Part shown: positions 35,655 through 47,707 of the stretch, piece after piece | Layout: the number at the start of each line of letters is the position of its first letter | Numbering within the stretch: position 1 is the first letter of the stretch | Source of the DNA: Circinaria calcarea | Taxonomy: Eukaryota | DNA: 49,788 nucleotides | Direction: 5' to 3' | NCBI GenBank assembly: GCA_051942165.1 | Contig: JAVECS010000009.1 | Location: 1 to 49,788 of the forward strand | Translations under genes and position numbers: made by a program | The notes under the pieces: model-generated | The model's input: only the letters and a program-made list of their open reading frames with translations | What the model was told of the DNA's origin: nothing | Databases searched by the model: none

Positions 35655-38284
35655 CTATGTGCTATCTCCTATCATCTTGCCCGACACGATAGCTGCCTTA
35701 TGCCTCCTCGTCGCTAATATCTCTTCCCTCCAGAGCCATGCTAGAGCAGTGGTAGCACCGGATCCCAACAGCAGTGTCCCAGCACCCAATAGAACCAAAA
35801 GCGTAATCCATCTCTGCTGCATCATGCCCGCAATCTTGAGATCTGCAAACATATAAAGAACCCACGTGATCGAGCTCAGGACAAAGAACACCTGGTCCCA
35901 TTGTAGCAATGCTCGTGCGCCGCCGATAAACGTATCCAAGCCCTGTTCATATGGGACAAAGATGGTCTCTAAGGAGAAAGGAGCCGTAAATACCAAGTGA
36001 ATCCACACGGTGGCGGATAGCGCAGCGAGCGAGCCCACTGTGATGCGGATTGGCCATATATCTCGCGTCACACCATGGATACGGTTATTCTGCATCGTGT
36101 TCGGCATGACTGTGCATCCAAGTATCCATTGGCCAAGACTCACCCAGACAGGGTACAGATGCCAGACCCACATGCCGTAGTGGCGGATGTTGAAGTCCGG
36201 ATAGAGGAAGGCGACTAAATAAGGGATGTAGTTGCCAAGTACCATGACGGGGAGGACAGAGAGTGTGTATCTAAGGTCCGTGAGACGCATGTCCGACGCG
36301 GAGAAGTTGGAGATGGGTGAGAGGATATAGTGGAGAAAACACCAGAATGGCGTGACGATGCCGATACCGTGCATGGATGCTATGCCAAAGAGAAAAGGGC
36401 TGACGATTCGAGTTAGAGATATATAAGATCAGTATCGGCTGAGGGTCTGTACGTGGGTACCGAGGATACTTACTATCGTAGGGGGGTGAATACATTAGCC
36501 CGCCGAGCTGATTCGATAAGGATAATTGTGTACACAAGGCTCCAGTCGGGGAAGAAAGAAAAGTTCTGGTAAGAGCTTGCAAGGTCGAAACCCATAGTCG
36601 AAGGAGCAAGAACAACGGTAGGGCCGCGGACAAAATCGTCAAAAAACTTCATCGGGTAAAACTTCTCCGGAATGAGGATAGATGATGATACACCCCATGA
36701 AATCTTTCCAGCCTGCAATACCACAGCTCCTGTCTCATATGGAATGACGGACGTCATGGTGCGGAAGGCCCATATGGATAAGAGTAGAATAGGAAGCGCT
36801 CTCAAGGCTCGATACAATTTAACGTCTTTCTTGCTAAGCCCTTGCTCTGAGTTGAATGGCATGGTACTGTTCAGAGACCGTACTGGCGGAGGAAGGTAGT
36901 TTAGTAACGGAGCTCCGATCCACCCATCGCAACTCATATCAACTATACGATCTCCGGCATATGGGAGGACGTAGTGTACCAAGATGTATTCTTTCATGCC
37001 TTTAAGAGCTTGGAGTCGGGTGAGGTCGTTAGCTGCTTTAATCGCTTCAGAGCATCGGGGTTTTCTATTCCGCTGATATTCATTCAAAGCTCGGCGAACA
37101 TCTTCAAAGCTTGGAGGGCTTCCATCATTATGGATGCTCAAAGCTTGGATTGTGTTGGCCAAGGCAGCTGCGCTCTCAATCGCTGCCATCCCACCAACAC
37201 CCATATTTGGTGTCACCTTGTGAACACTGTCACCCAAACAAGCAAACCTTCCCCAGACCCAGTGGTCGTAGTCAGCTTCTTCAGTAGCGACCAAAGTATA
37301 GGACTCTCTATGTTTCCATATGTCACCGAACTTCACGAGACCTTGTGGTAGAATGGCCAGATTGAGGTTTTGCTGTACAAGCTCTTCTGTGTCTGCCTCT
37401 GTAAATCGGGGTATTTCACCGCTCTTATAACGTCGAGCCATTTTAGAAAATAAGAACCAGAACACCCTACCACCTTTACCGGTTATAACCATCGTAGAGA
37501 CGTCTTTCTTGTAGGTGATATCGTAATTGCCACTTGGAAGCTCAGCGACTGGAGATGATATCCCATAGAGACACTTGTATTCTGCAGTCATAGCTAATAA
37601 ATATAATCAGTATCCAGCAAGAGTAGGTCGAGAGCCACTTACAATTCTTTTCTTCTTCAGATATCTTCCCAGGCTCTTCAGCGTCTGCAGCGCGCCACAT
37701 TTCCTGCCGCACCTTACTAAAGACCCCGTCGGCCCCGGCGATAGTATCCCCATGATATGAAGATCCGTCGGCGCAATAAGCTGTTACACCGTTCGCGGAG
37801 TGGTCAACCTTTACCAGACGCTTATTAAGAAGTATTTTGCTCTGATCTAATACATGTTCTGCAAGAATGCGGAGAACTATCTGGCGGTCAAGAAAGCAAA
37901 GTGGATAATGTGTGCTAACGTGCGATACACCGTCAATCAAAGAACAACACCGAGCAGCGTTTCTATTTCTTACCGAGTATGGACGAGCTGAAATCCGTCG
38001 TATCTAGGGAAAATATCATCTCCATTCTCAGCATGGTTCCCAGCGGACACCAGAGGTTCTGTTAGCTTCTCCAGCTCCCCATAACAAGACAACTGTTCAA
38101 GGATACGACATCCATTTGGAGCCAAGCCGATAGAAGCACCAAGTTGTGGCGCAATAACAGACCTCGATTCGAGGAGAACATAATCGATGTCTGCGTGCTG
38201 TAATGCGTTCGCGAGAGTCAGGCCTGCGACTCCTCCGCCTACAATAATGACTCGCAAACCGGTTGACTTTGGAATATCTGCCAT
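35655..38284 (-). CDS. FAD-dependent monooxygenase (PaxM-like epoxidase family) fused to a C-terminal polytopic membrane domain, 815 aa, 4 exons
   Basis: GxGxx[11 protein letters not shown] motif [12 protein letters not shown] and GD motif [17 protein letters not shown]. Exons 38284-37974, 37914-37643, 37593-36474 and 36399-35655 total 2448 nt in frame. The C-terminal ~340 aa is multi-TM with [14 protein letters not shown] and LQWDQ. Confidence 0.88.
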
Positions 38285-38609
38285 GTTCTCGTCCAAAAAG
38301 GAAAAAAAATAACGAATGGAAAGAAACGTGATAGGTAGAAAATAGAATGTCCGTCGACCTATAAAATATTTAATACCCAGGGATAATATATTAAATAAAT
38401 CAGAAAAATTCTTGATTTGTTTTTATATAATAAAACTATATCCTTGACGCATTTTGCCGCCAATATAAGGTCAAGAGTTAATGGAAGCCGTATATGTTAA
38501 TTCTTTCTGTCGCGACCAAAAATACCCCGTAATAATTTAATCTGGTTTTTAAACTTTCCATACGTGTACTAAAGCAGGGTGAAGTAGGCGGATGGCGATT
38601 ATCAAGTCC

Positions 38610-38620
38610 TCGATCATCGA
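38610..38620. promoter_or_regulatory. TCG-N5-CGA palindrome (TCGATCATCGA), FMO/P450 divergent promoter
   Basis: Lies within the extended palindrome CCTCGATCATCGAGG; it is the exact reverse complement of the site at 24023. Confidence 0.6.
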
Positions 38621-39172
38621 GGGATCCGAGCCGTCTCCGGATAGTACGCTTTGACCAAAGCTTCGTATTATTCACTCTAATCAGCGCAGGGATGGAGCGT
38701 GCACTAATCACTAAATTCAAAGGCTTACAGGGTATGTGGGTAAGGGTCCAGCAAGCACCTTTAGGCTGGGGCGTAGGCTCTGCCTCTAGAAAAGAGGAGC
38801 ATCACAGAAAGGATATTACGTCTTCTATGGAACTGCTATAAAATACTGCGTGTGAAATGTATATGCGACATATCTACAGGAATACTCGGGGATCGTTGAG
38901 ATATGGAAAGAAAGGCGCGCTTAATTAACGCTGTTTCCTTGCGTCCTTCTCCACGCACTCCGATTACAACATTTATTTCTTTTTGGCTATTTCGGCGAAG
39001 CCGGTATACCACAGCTCGCCGGCCGCACCCACTAATATTAAGAATACCAACTAAAATCGGGGCGTATATATTTAAGCTTTGGATACCTAGTTTAGTGCCC
39101 GCTCCACCCCTGCGCTGATTAGAGCGGATAATACGAAATTTTAGTCAACTATCCGGACACGGCTCGGAGGGA

Positions 39173-39183
39173 TCGATAACCGA
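39173..39183. promoter_or_regulatory. TCG-N5-CGA palindrome (TCGATAACCGA), P450 promoter
   Basis: Fits the consensus; a one-mismatch copy GCGATCACCGA lies at 39220-39230. Confidence 0.6.
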
Positions 39184-39427
39184 GAAAAATATATTCTACG
39201 AGTTTCGAAATAAGTGGACGCGATCACCGATGATTAATTAACTGCCGAATAATCTACTACGAGGTACTGTAATCTGGAGGCGGGAGTAGGTTTAACGGGT
39301 ATGCTTTGCATATTGAGCTTATATATAGGGTAAATTTTTATATATATAAGTCAAACTGGTGCTGAGTATCGTTCATAATAATTAATAACTTCTAGCCCCT
39401 ATTTATTTATTTTTGCAGAAATTATAA

Positions 39428-41349
39428 ATGTTGTCACTTCAAGGGCTTTATATTTGCGTAAAGCATCCTCTATTATTATTGATAAGTTTTTTTATCGTGA
39501 TTATCGCTACCATTGCTCTTCTCGTAAACGCTATTTATAATCGTTATTTTCATCCACTTCGTCATATCCCGGGTCCCTTCTGGGCTAGCGTGACAGATTT
39601 TTGGAAGTTATATATTTGTATTACGAAAGAGTCCCATACCAGAGGCATAGAGCTCCATAGAATATATGGTTTATATATTTAGAAAGTTCTCTTTTGTCGG
39701 TATAATAACTAATTCTGCAATCAGGACCCACCGTTCGCGTAGCGCCAAATCTGCTAGCATTCAACGACCCGAAACTTCTTCCGAAAGTCTATCATAGATA
39801 TGTGGACAAAACGGATTTCTATAGCACAGGTATACTGGGTGATATTGCCCCGCCCTTTCAAACCCTAGACCACAGGGAGCATGCAGCGAAGAGGAAGAGA
39901 ATCGCTCCCTCGGTAACTTTGCAGTGGACCGCTTACATTCACGCAAGTCTAACCTACACAGTTTTCCATGACCAATTTGAGAAAACTGGAAAGCGAAATC
40001 GATGAGTCCATTACTGAATTCATCGACATTCTCAGGGATCGATATGCAAAGACAGGGGTAAGACTCGATTTCGCAGAATGGATAAAGTAACTTAAACCCT
40101 TTCATTAAAATTATAATCGAGAAGTTTAATCCAGCTTTATCTAATCCGAGACTTTCCACGCCAGGTGGTTTGTCTATGATACGGTCTCGCACATGGCGTT
40201 CGGTAAAGCCATCGGTTTTGTACGACAGGGCAAAGATGTGGGCGGCTTGATACAAGCTTTTCATAGCATGGCACCTCTAGCGGGACTTGTCGCCGCACTG
40301 CCCTGGCTGATGAATCCTATACTTAAGAGTCCATTAGTAGGTAAGTTCTTCATGCCTAAGGCTGGTGATGGAACAGGGACTGGGAAAATCATGCTGGTGA
40401 GCATATGCTAAAGAGTATAATTTGTAAACATGGTATATACTAAAACCTTTTAGTACCGTGACAACATGTTGAAACATCGTTTGGAGAATCGCCATTCCGA
40501 GCACCATGGTGACTTCCTGGGCAGGTGAGTCCCGATTGCATTAAATTTAAACGGCTGGATTCTTATTCGAACTCTAAATAGCATTCTGGCTGCTACTAAT
40601 GCCGATGGTACTCTTATGAGTATCGAAGAAGTGAAAACAGAGGCTTTCGTTCTCATGGTCGCCGCAGCAGACACAAGTTCAGCGTTCCTAGGCCCGTTCG
40701 TAAACCATGTTATCCAGGATCCAACGGTGTATGAAAAACTAGTACAGGAAATTCAATCCTTCGAATTAGCTGGAAAACTGTCATCCCCAGTCCCCACAGT
40801 CGACGAGACGAATAACATGCCGTATTTTACTGCTTGCGTCAAAGAGACCCTACGCTTCTCTCCCTCAACTCCATTCATCTTGCCTCGGTACGTATCACGG
40901 GGAGGTATTGACCTCAACGGGACCTGGGTACCAGAGGGAGCCGAAATTGGCGCGAATCCATATATCGTTCATCGGGATTCGGTTACGTTCGGGGAGGACG
41001 CGCACCTATTTTGTCCGGAACGATGGTTGGAATCCGAAGAAAGAGCAAAGGAGATGGACAAGTACATTCTTAGCTGGGGATACGGCACACGGGTTTGCCT
41101 GGGTAAAAACATTGCGCAGATGATGATTCAAAAGCTGTGTTTGCAGGTAAGATCTGACGGATCATTCCCCAGCGTAAGCAGTACTAACCAGATGGCACTG
41201 TGCAGTTGTTTCGGAGCTTCCGCTTTCAGTCGGCCAGTCCCGGGAAACCCTGGCGATGCGCGAATATGGCCATCATGCTGTATTGGGACCAGTGGATCAC
41301 CATTCAAGACCGTCCTCAGGCATTGGGCCTCGAGAAGGGAGAAAAGTAG
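39428..41349 (+). CDS. Cytochrome P450 monooxygenase, 7 exons
   Basis: N-terminal TM plus HPLRHIPGPFWAS, YG|PTVRVAPN, I-helix AAADT, KETLR, PERW and heme ligand WGYGTRVCLG. The last exon (41206-41349) ends in TAG. Confidence 0.94.
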
Positions 41350-42147
41350 GATGTACCCCGTAAGCTTGGAATGGTGGGTAATCCTTCAGTCTCGAAGGAA
41401 GCGAGGAATCGAGGATGATGTGGAACAATAGTAAATTCGTAGCGAGCCAACAAAGCCATTTCCCATAGTAAACTGGAAACATCGCAACCTCTCCAATGAT
41501 ATCCTGTCTGTCTTGACGTCGGGAAATAAGTAAAACGTTGAAGACGCTGCGCTATGAGAGCATACACAGTATGCCATATCGGGTGCTGGATCGTGCTCAA
41601 CCCTGTCACACCACGTGGATCACTCCAGCGTCATCGGGCCAGTCAGCTTTCAGTGTCAGGCATCAGCTCACAGCCTCGTTCCCATATTAGCAACCGAAAG
41701 CTGTTTACAGTAACACCGCCGAGGATGCAAGATTTGAACCTAGGGACACGCTCAGTTCCCTGGATCGATGGAACGATGCTACCCTCCAGAAGACATACGC
41801 CGTAAGGATTAAAGAGGCTTCAGTGGCTTTACACGCTTATGGGTACTCCATATCGATATCCAGTCCACATCCTCTAAGGTCTAGATCTCCCTCGTTCTCT
41901 CCACTGCCTCATGACACATCTTCCTCGCTGTCCGATCTCCAGCTCATACCAGGCATCCGGTCGATTGTCTCCCGTCATCTGGCTGTGCCGCCGGGGGCCA
42001 TGATTCTGCCTACAGGCAACAAGAGCCCAGCCCAGCCCAGCCATGGCCATCCCTTCTCGTAGTATAAAGAATGTTGTGAATTCCCTCTGTTAAGCTCGTT
42101 ATCTTTTGGCAGCCACTCTAAACACTCCATTCGTTGTTGCCCCAATC

Positions 42148-43911
42148 ATGCATTCCTTCTTTACCACAGCATGCGTTGCCGTGGTGGCAATGCTATCAAG
42201 CGTTCAAGCAGCTCCTTACCCACTCAATCTCGGCCGAGACGATTTTACTTCTCTCTCCCTACGTTCTGCTGACATCGCCACTGAACTAGGCCCGCAGCTC
42301 TCCCGGAATGCCTCCATCTTCACGCAATCAGATCCCCGGTTTGCAAACGCCACGGATCGTTTTCAAGCTTACAGTCCCCCTCAGTTCAGCGTGGTGGTAG
42401 AACCTGGCATTGAGGCAGATGTGGCAACTGTCGTGAGTAGCTCTCACAGTTGATGTTTAGTATTTCCCAGATTGACCGGTTCTCTCTAGGTCAAATACGC
42501 AAACTCTCGCAAGATTCCATTTCTTGCGGTCAACAGAGCGCATGGTTCTACGGAGACCTTGGGTCGATTTACCCAAGGTATTGAGATTCACATGACTACG
42601 CTCAACAAAATCATCCCCAGTGCCGACAAAACTTCTGCGTTTATGCAAGGTGGAGTCTACGGTGATGAAGTGATCCAAACTCTATGGGATATGGGCTACG
42701 TTGCGAGTAAGTTACGACGAATCTTACAGTTTGGGAGTTGTTGCTCACTAGAGTACTCTAGCCACCGGTAGCTGCGGGTGCGTTGGTATGCTCGGACCCG
42801 CTCTCGGCGGCGGCCTTGGTCGTTACGAAGGGTTTTACGGCTTGATCGCTGATAACCTGATCTCTTTGAATGTCGTCCTTGCCAATGGCAGCGCCATCAC
42901 AGTCTCTGACAGGTCATACCCGGATCTATGGTGGGCTATGCGTGGTGCTGGCCATAACTTTGGTATTGTGACCAGCTTTGACATCAAAATTTACAAACGG
43001 ACTGTCGACTCATGGTTCTACGCCGTATACATCTACACCCAGGACAAACTAGAAGCTCTTACCGAAGCAGTCAACAAGCAGATGAACAACGGCACTCAGC
43101 CGAAAGAGCTGATGAATTATGGCGTGTATACCCTTGTTCCCCAAATAGACCCAAAGGAGGTTAGTTGTTTTAATTCTGATATTGATATGTTCCGCCTAAC
43201 ACTCCAACGTGAATAGCCCGTGCTTATCTGGACCTTTTACTACGTCGGTACGGCTCAGCAAGCAGCACCATACATGGCCGCTTTCGTAGAGCTGGGCCCA
43301 GTCTCCATCAGCAATGGGTCAATACCTTACCCAGAGATCCCTGATGCAACCGGAACTGGCTCTAACACTCCTCTATGTGATCACGGGCTCGTTCATATCT
43401 CTTATCCCATCGGTCTCCTCACGTATAACGTCAGCACCAACCGCGCGGTTTATAACCGCCTCCGAACTCTGATATCCGAGGTCCCCGCATATAACATGTC
43501 GGCCATCATCTTCGAAGGCTACTCGCTCGAGGGGGTGAAAGCCGTCGATTCCGACTCAACTGCCTATCCGCATCGCAGTGACAACATCCTCGTGTAAGTA
43601 CATCTCGCCTCAAAGCGGTATGCCCAATCATGGTATGGCTAACAGTCGGAAGTGATGTTGCTGTACTTTATTCCCCAGACAGCTCACTGGATGCTGCAGC
43701 CATCTCATGGGCCAAAGAAACAAAGGAGGTATTCCATGCCGGTGACGAGCCTGGCCGCAAGGAGACGGCGTATGTCAACTATGCGTTTGGCGATGAGCCA
43801 ATTGAGCAGATTTATGGCTACGAGCCGTGGCGGTTGCAGAGACTGAGCGCGCTCAAAAAGAAATACGACAGTAAGAACCGGTTTAGATATTATAACCCGA
43901 TTCCCTTTTAA
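42148..43911 (+). CDS. Secreted BBE-like (VAO/PCMH) FAD-linked oxidoreductase (FogF/AnuG-like), 5 exons
   Basis: Signal peptide MHSFFTTACVAVVAMLSSVQA, flavin-attachment region VNRAHG, GSCGCVGMLGPALGGGLG, PDLWWAMRGAGHNFGIVTS and BBE tail AYVNYA...RLSALKKKYDSKNRF. TATAAA at about 42063. Confidence 0.92.
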
Positions 43912-44611
43912 AGGGTGAGGGATAGATCTCCGCCTGTATAGAATAGAGAGGGAAGGAGAAATGGCAGTGTTTGAAAGATCAAGTGTATTCGGCGTGTTTA
44001 TAGGAGGGAATGGATGGAGATTACCTGTTTTTTCTTTGCGATAATCTCAACGCAAAGGCGTGGACCTGCAGGGACTCGTTTCCTTTGAACCTATTGTTAT
44101 TGTTTCTCACTATTTCTTTGGCGGATGCTTTAACAGTTATGTACAATTAGACATGTTTTGACTTTATTACTCATTAATGATTATAATATTGCAAAAGAGA
44201 AACTACTGCGGCGAATTATTTACATCATCGCTTACAATCTTGGAAACAAGGCCTGATTGCAAAGTCCATGTATATTTTATTAGTGATTTGGATCAATTAG
44301 GATTCCTAACAGCGCTGGGATGGACAAATTTGAAGAATAGCCTTGTTTAGAATTAGTATCCATCAATAGAAATAGTAATCAAAAAGGCGATATCAGCCAA
44401 GGTAAGGAGTCTTCCAATTTGTGACTCCAAGATAATAACTAATTTAAAAGAAATAGCTATCTATTGGACTCGATGAAACGGCAATTGAAGAATGGTATAG
44501 TTTTCTTTACTAGTTCTCAAACCCCACTCCGGAAGCATTGAAGACGGGTATTTATATGGCCTCCCAATCCGAGTAAAGGACCTTGTCGCTACTCCCACCC
44601 TTCCCCCCAAG

Positions 44612-45725
44612 TTAAAGCTCGGTTGTCAAACCCGGTTGGATAGCCTCTAGCTTCTCCACAAGCTCCCCCCAAACCTTCTTCTGCGCACTCTGGCCCTCGG
44701 GGCTGCTAACGTTCTTCCCAAGCGCTTTGCTGTATTAGAGGTTAGCTCTCGCCCCCTCTCGGCTTGTCCTATCGGATTGTGCGCTTACTTTACAATCAGG
44801 GCGTTGCTAAGGAAAATCCCATGCGACTCTGGTCCGGCAACTGTGGCATGGACAAGCGTCCGGCTACCTTCTTCAGCGGTCCACGCCATCAGCGCGCGCA
44901 TGATCTTCATGACCACGAATGTGCTACCGGTTGCGCTGCGCGTCAGTGCCGTGTGGCAGAGCCCCGGATTCATCGTGTTGACGATGACAAAGGGTTTCCG
45001 ACTCGCCGTTCGGTCGGCGATTTCTCGCACGGCGAAGAGCTGGAGGAGTTTGGAGACCAGGTAGCTGTGTGCAAGATCAAAGTAAGCTTGCGATAACAGG
45101 CAAGGGAGAACCGATGCTAGAGGAGGATGAGAACGTACCGGTCTTTCATCTTTGCCGTCTTCTCGTCGTTCAGGGTGTCAAACGAATTGGGCGAGTTCCG
45201 CTCGGTGAATGGTGTGTAAGCGTGTACGCCCGAACCGACAACGGTGAGGACAGGCTCGATGTTCCATTTAACTGAAGACGCGCGGAGTGTCGGGAGGAGA
45301 AGCAACATGAGTAAGGTAGTGCTGACCACGTTTACCGTAATGGTACTTTCGTTGTCTTCGAAAACCTCATACTTCTCCGTGGCAATCCCAGCGTTCAAGA
45401 CGGCAGCGTCAACGCGGGGCAAGGTCGCAACCTTTGCGGCGAACGCCTTGATCGAGTCATAACTAGCGTAATCGATGTTCCAGACCTCAACGACTCCAGT
45501 CCGCTTCGTATCTCTCTCGATCTCTCTCTTGGCCTCCTCACCCTTGGAAACGGAGCGGACGGCAACGATGACTTTCTCGGCTCCCATACGAACAAAGTGC
45601 TTAGACGCTTCCAATCCTAGACCGACATTCGCACCAGTGACGATGATGGCTTGACGTGAGAAATCATTTTGAGGGTAAGGAGGCTTCTGGAACAGCTGGG
45701 TGTAAATGTCATTGAATACGGACAT
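44612..45725 (-). CDS. Short-chain dehydrogenase/reductase SDR3 (retinol-dehydrogenase/WWOX-like), 3 exons
   Basis: IIVTGANVGLG, VDAAVLNAG, R|YLVSK, NTMNPGLCHTAL, TAEEGSRTLVHA and QKKVWGELVEKLEAIQPG. Stop TAA at 44612-44614. Confidence 0.9.
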
Positions 45726-45784
45726 AATGACTGACAGCCTTGAATGAGGTAAGTATGGCTTCGACTAGGGTCTTGACAGTTTGT

Positions 45785-45795
45785 TCGACTTCCGA
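45785..45795. promoter_or_regulatory. TCG-N5-CGA palindrome (TCGACTTCCGA) upstream of SDR3
   Basis: Exact TCG-N5-CGA with one deviation from the spacer consensus; 60 nt from the ATG. Confidence 0.4.
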
Positions 45796-47707
45796 GGCGA
45801 GTGAGCGATACTATGTAGGCATGAGTGTAGGAGGTGAGGCCACAGGAAGGTTCACACGGCGTACTTGGTGATTGTACCTAAGAAGAGGGAGGGAAAAGTG
45901 GATGGCTGCAAACGCTTAGAGCTCGTTAGATGCGAGGGATTTCTAATTAGGCAAGGAAGCCTATGCCTCTGAGGCTGAGCCGGGGTGCGACCAAGGCTGT
46001 CAGACAATATCGGAGTTTATGGAATTAACAAACACTAACAGCGGGAAATTGACGGAGCTACCGGTGAGCGTCTTGGGTGCAGCCTGTGTATGGGATGATT
46101 TGGTATTAAATTGTTACACGACAGTTTGTGGTTGATACAAAGGCGACAGGAAGCGGCGAGTCAGGGCTAATCATTCTTCGGCCCACGAAGATAGAATTAG
46201 TGCTGATCGCTAGTGTCGGCCGCCTGAGGGACCCTGGGCTTATATACTATGGCGCCGAAGGATCTAAGGCCGAGGCGATCTAGAGTGCAGCATTTCGGTG
46301 CAGCAGGGTCCAAAGCTACCGTTCCGAGAGGAAGGCCAATCCCGGCGGGCCGCGCGGTATCCCTGCATAAGCCCCTGTGAGTTTAAGGAGCTATTAGTAC
46401 GATCTGTAAGTGGGAAGTTGAATGGTATGCATATACAAGGTATACCTTGCTCTGCTAAGCCTCCTAACATCACTTCCCCATCTAGCCACGGTAGACGGAG
46501 CTGCGCCTAAGGTTACAGGTGGGGGCCGCTTTTTAGCGCATTCTCAGCGTCTAGAGCGAGTGGAAACGCATGTTTGTAACACCCGAGAGCCTGACCACCT
46601 AGGCGCGCTCAAGCTGTCGCACTTGTCGTATCCCAGTAGATCAAGCCTGATAACAGAGGTATGTTGACGCGTCAGCAGGGTATACGGATGACGGTGTCAG
46701 GGACTAAATATTGGTTCTGTAGTATTATTAAGATGTAAGTGGTGGGATGCAGTAATCTTCACGTGCGAGCAAAGCTATGCGAAGCAGGGTCATACCGTGA
46801 CCTACTGTGGTTTCCCAAGCCCACGAGGACAAACGCCTGTGATGAGTACTATCGGGGAAATATCAGCAAGCGCCTTTTGTAGATAAGCGGAGACATATAC
46901 TAAACCTGTCTCCATCAAAACTAAAACCACGCACGGTTGAATTCGCCTGTGACACGGAGCAAATGCTTATTTCCTAAACGGCGGGTTCAAGGCTGAGAAC
47001 ATCAAAACAAGGTCTAGACTTCGCCTGGTATAGCGAAATTTGGCAGGACCATCTTGCTGATTTAAGGGTCTATACCCACAGTCTTCGTGATATCCCCCTA
47101 ACGTGGCGTGTGTGGCAGGTTCAGGCACACACTTCAGACTATTCTATAGTCCGTGCAAGGGCTTATTGGAAGGCTCTCTAGGAGAGGACTAGGTTTTGTA
47201 CATTGCATATGCTGGTTTTGCGGCGATCCTGCCACAAAAATGCGAAATATCAGGTAGATATCCTCGTTATAGACCGTATATCATGCATTAGTGTGGGACT
47301 CTAGCCCGAGCCGTCTGTACTCTGTGCGTACTAGGACCTTACTCTGAGAGACAGAAACCCTTCCGCTGGTATCCATACCCATTAAAGGCTTACGCTGCAT
47401 TCAACAAGTGGTGCAATAGCCACTGGCCAGTGGTTGATCGGTGGAGATTAAAAGCGGTGAGCTCCTTCGTACAAAGTGATGAGAGCGCCTTTTAAATATA
47501 CTTTCGGCAGGTTCTCGGCAGTGTGCTGTCTTCATACAGGATGGACAATAATTTATACTTATATGTATCAAAGGCTCCGTTGTTCCATTAGAAAGAACCA
47601 GTCAAGTCTGGTGAAGAGAAACTTCTGAGGCCCTTTTCAAGTGTATCGATTGGACATTTGAAAAGGATACTGCATATTTGGTCTATCTGTCGAACATCAC
47701 CCTCCAA

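Noticed and set aside
45800..47700. 1.9-kb SDR3/TF spacer with short ORFs as a possible hidden gene (e.g. an AflS-like coactivator) or transposon
   Set aside because: No spliceable frame with recognisable motifs, terminal repeats or transposase/RT signatures was found.
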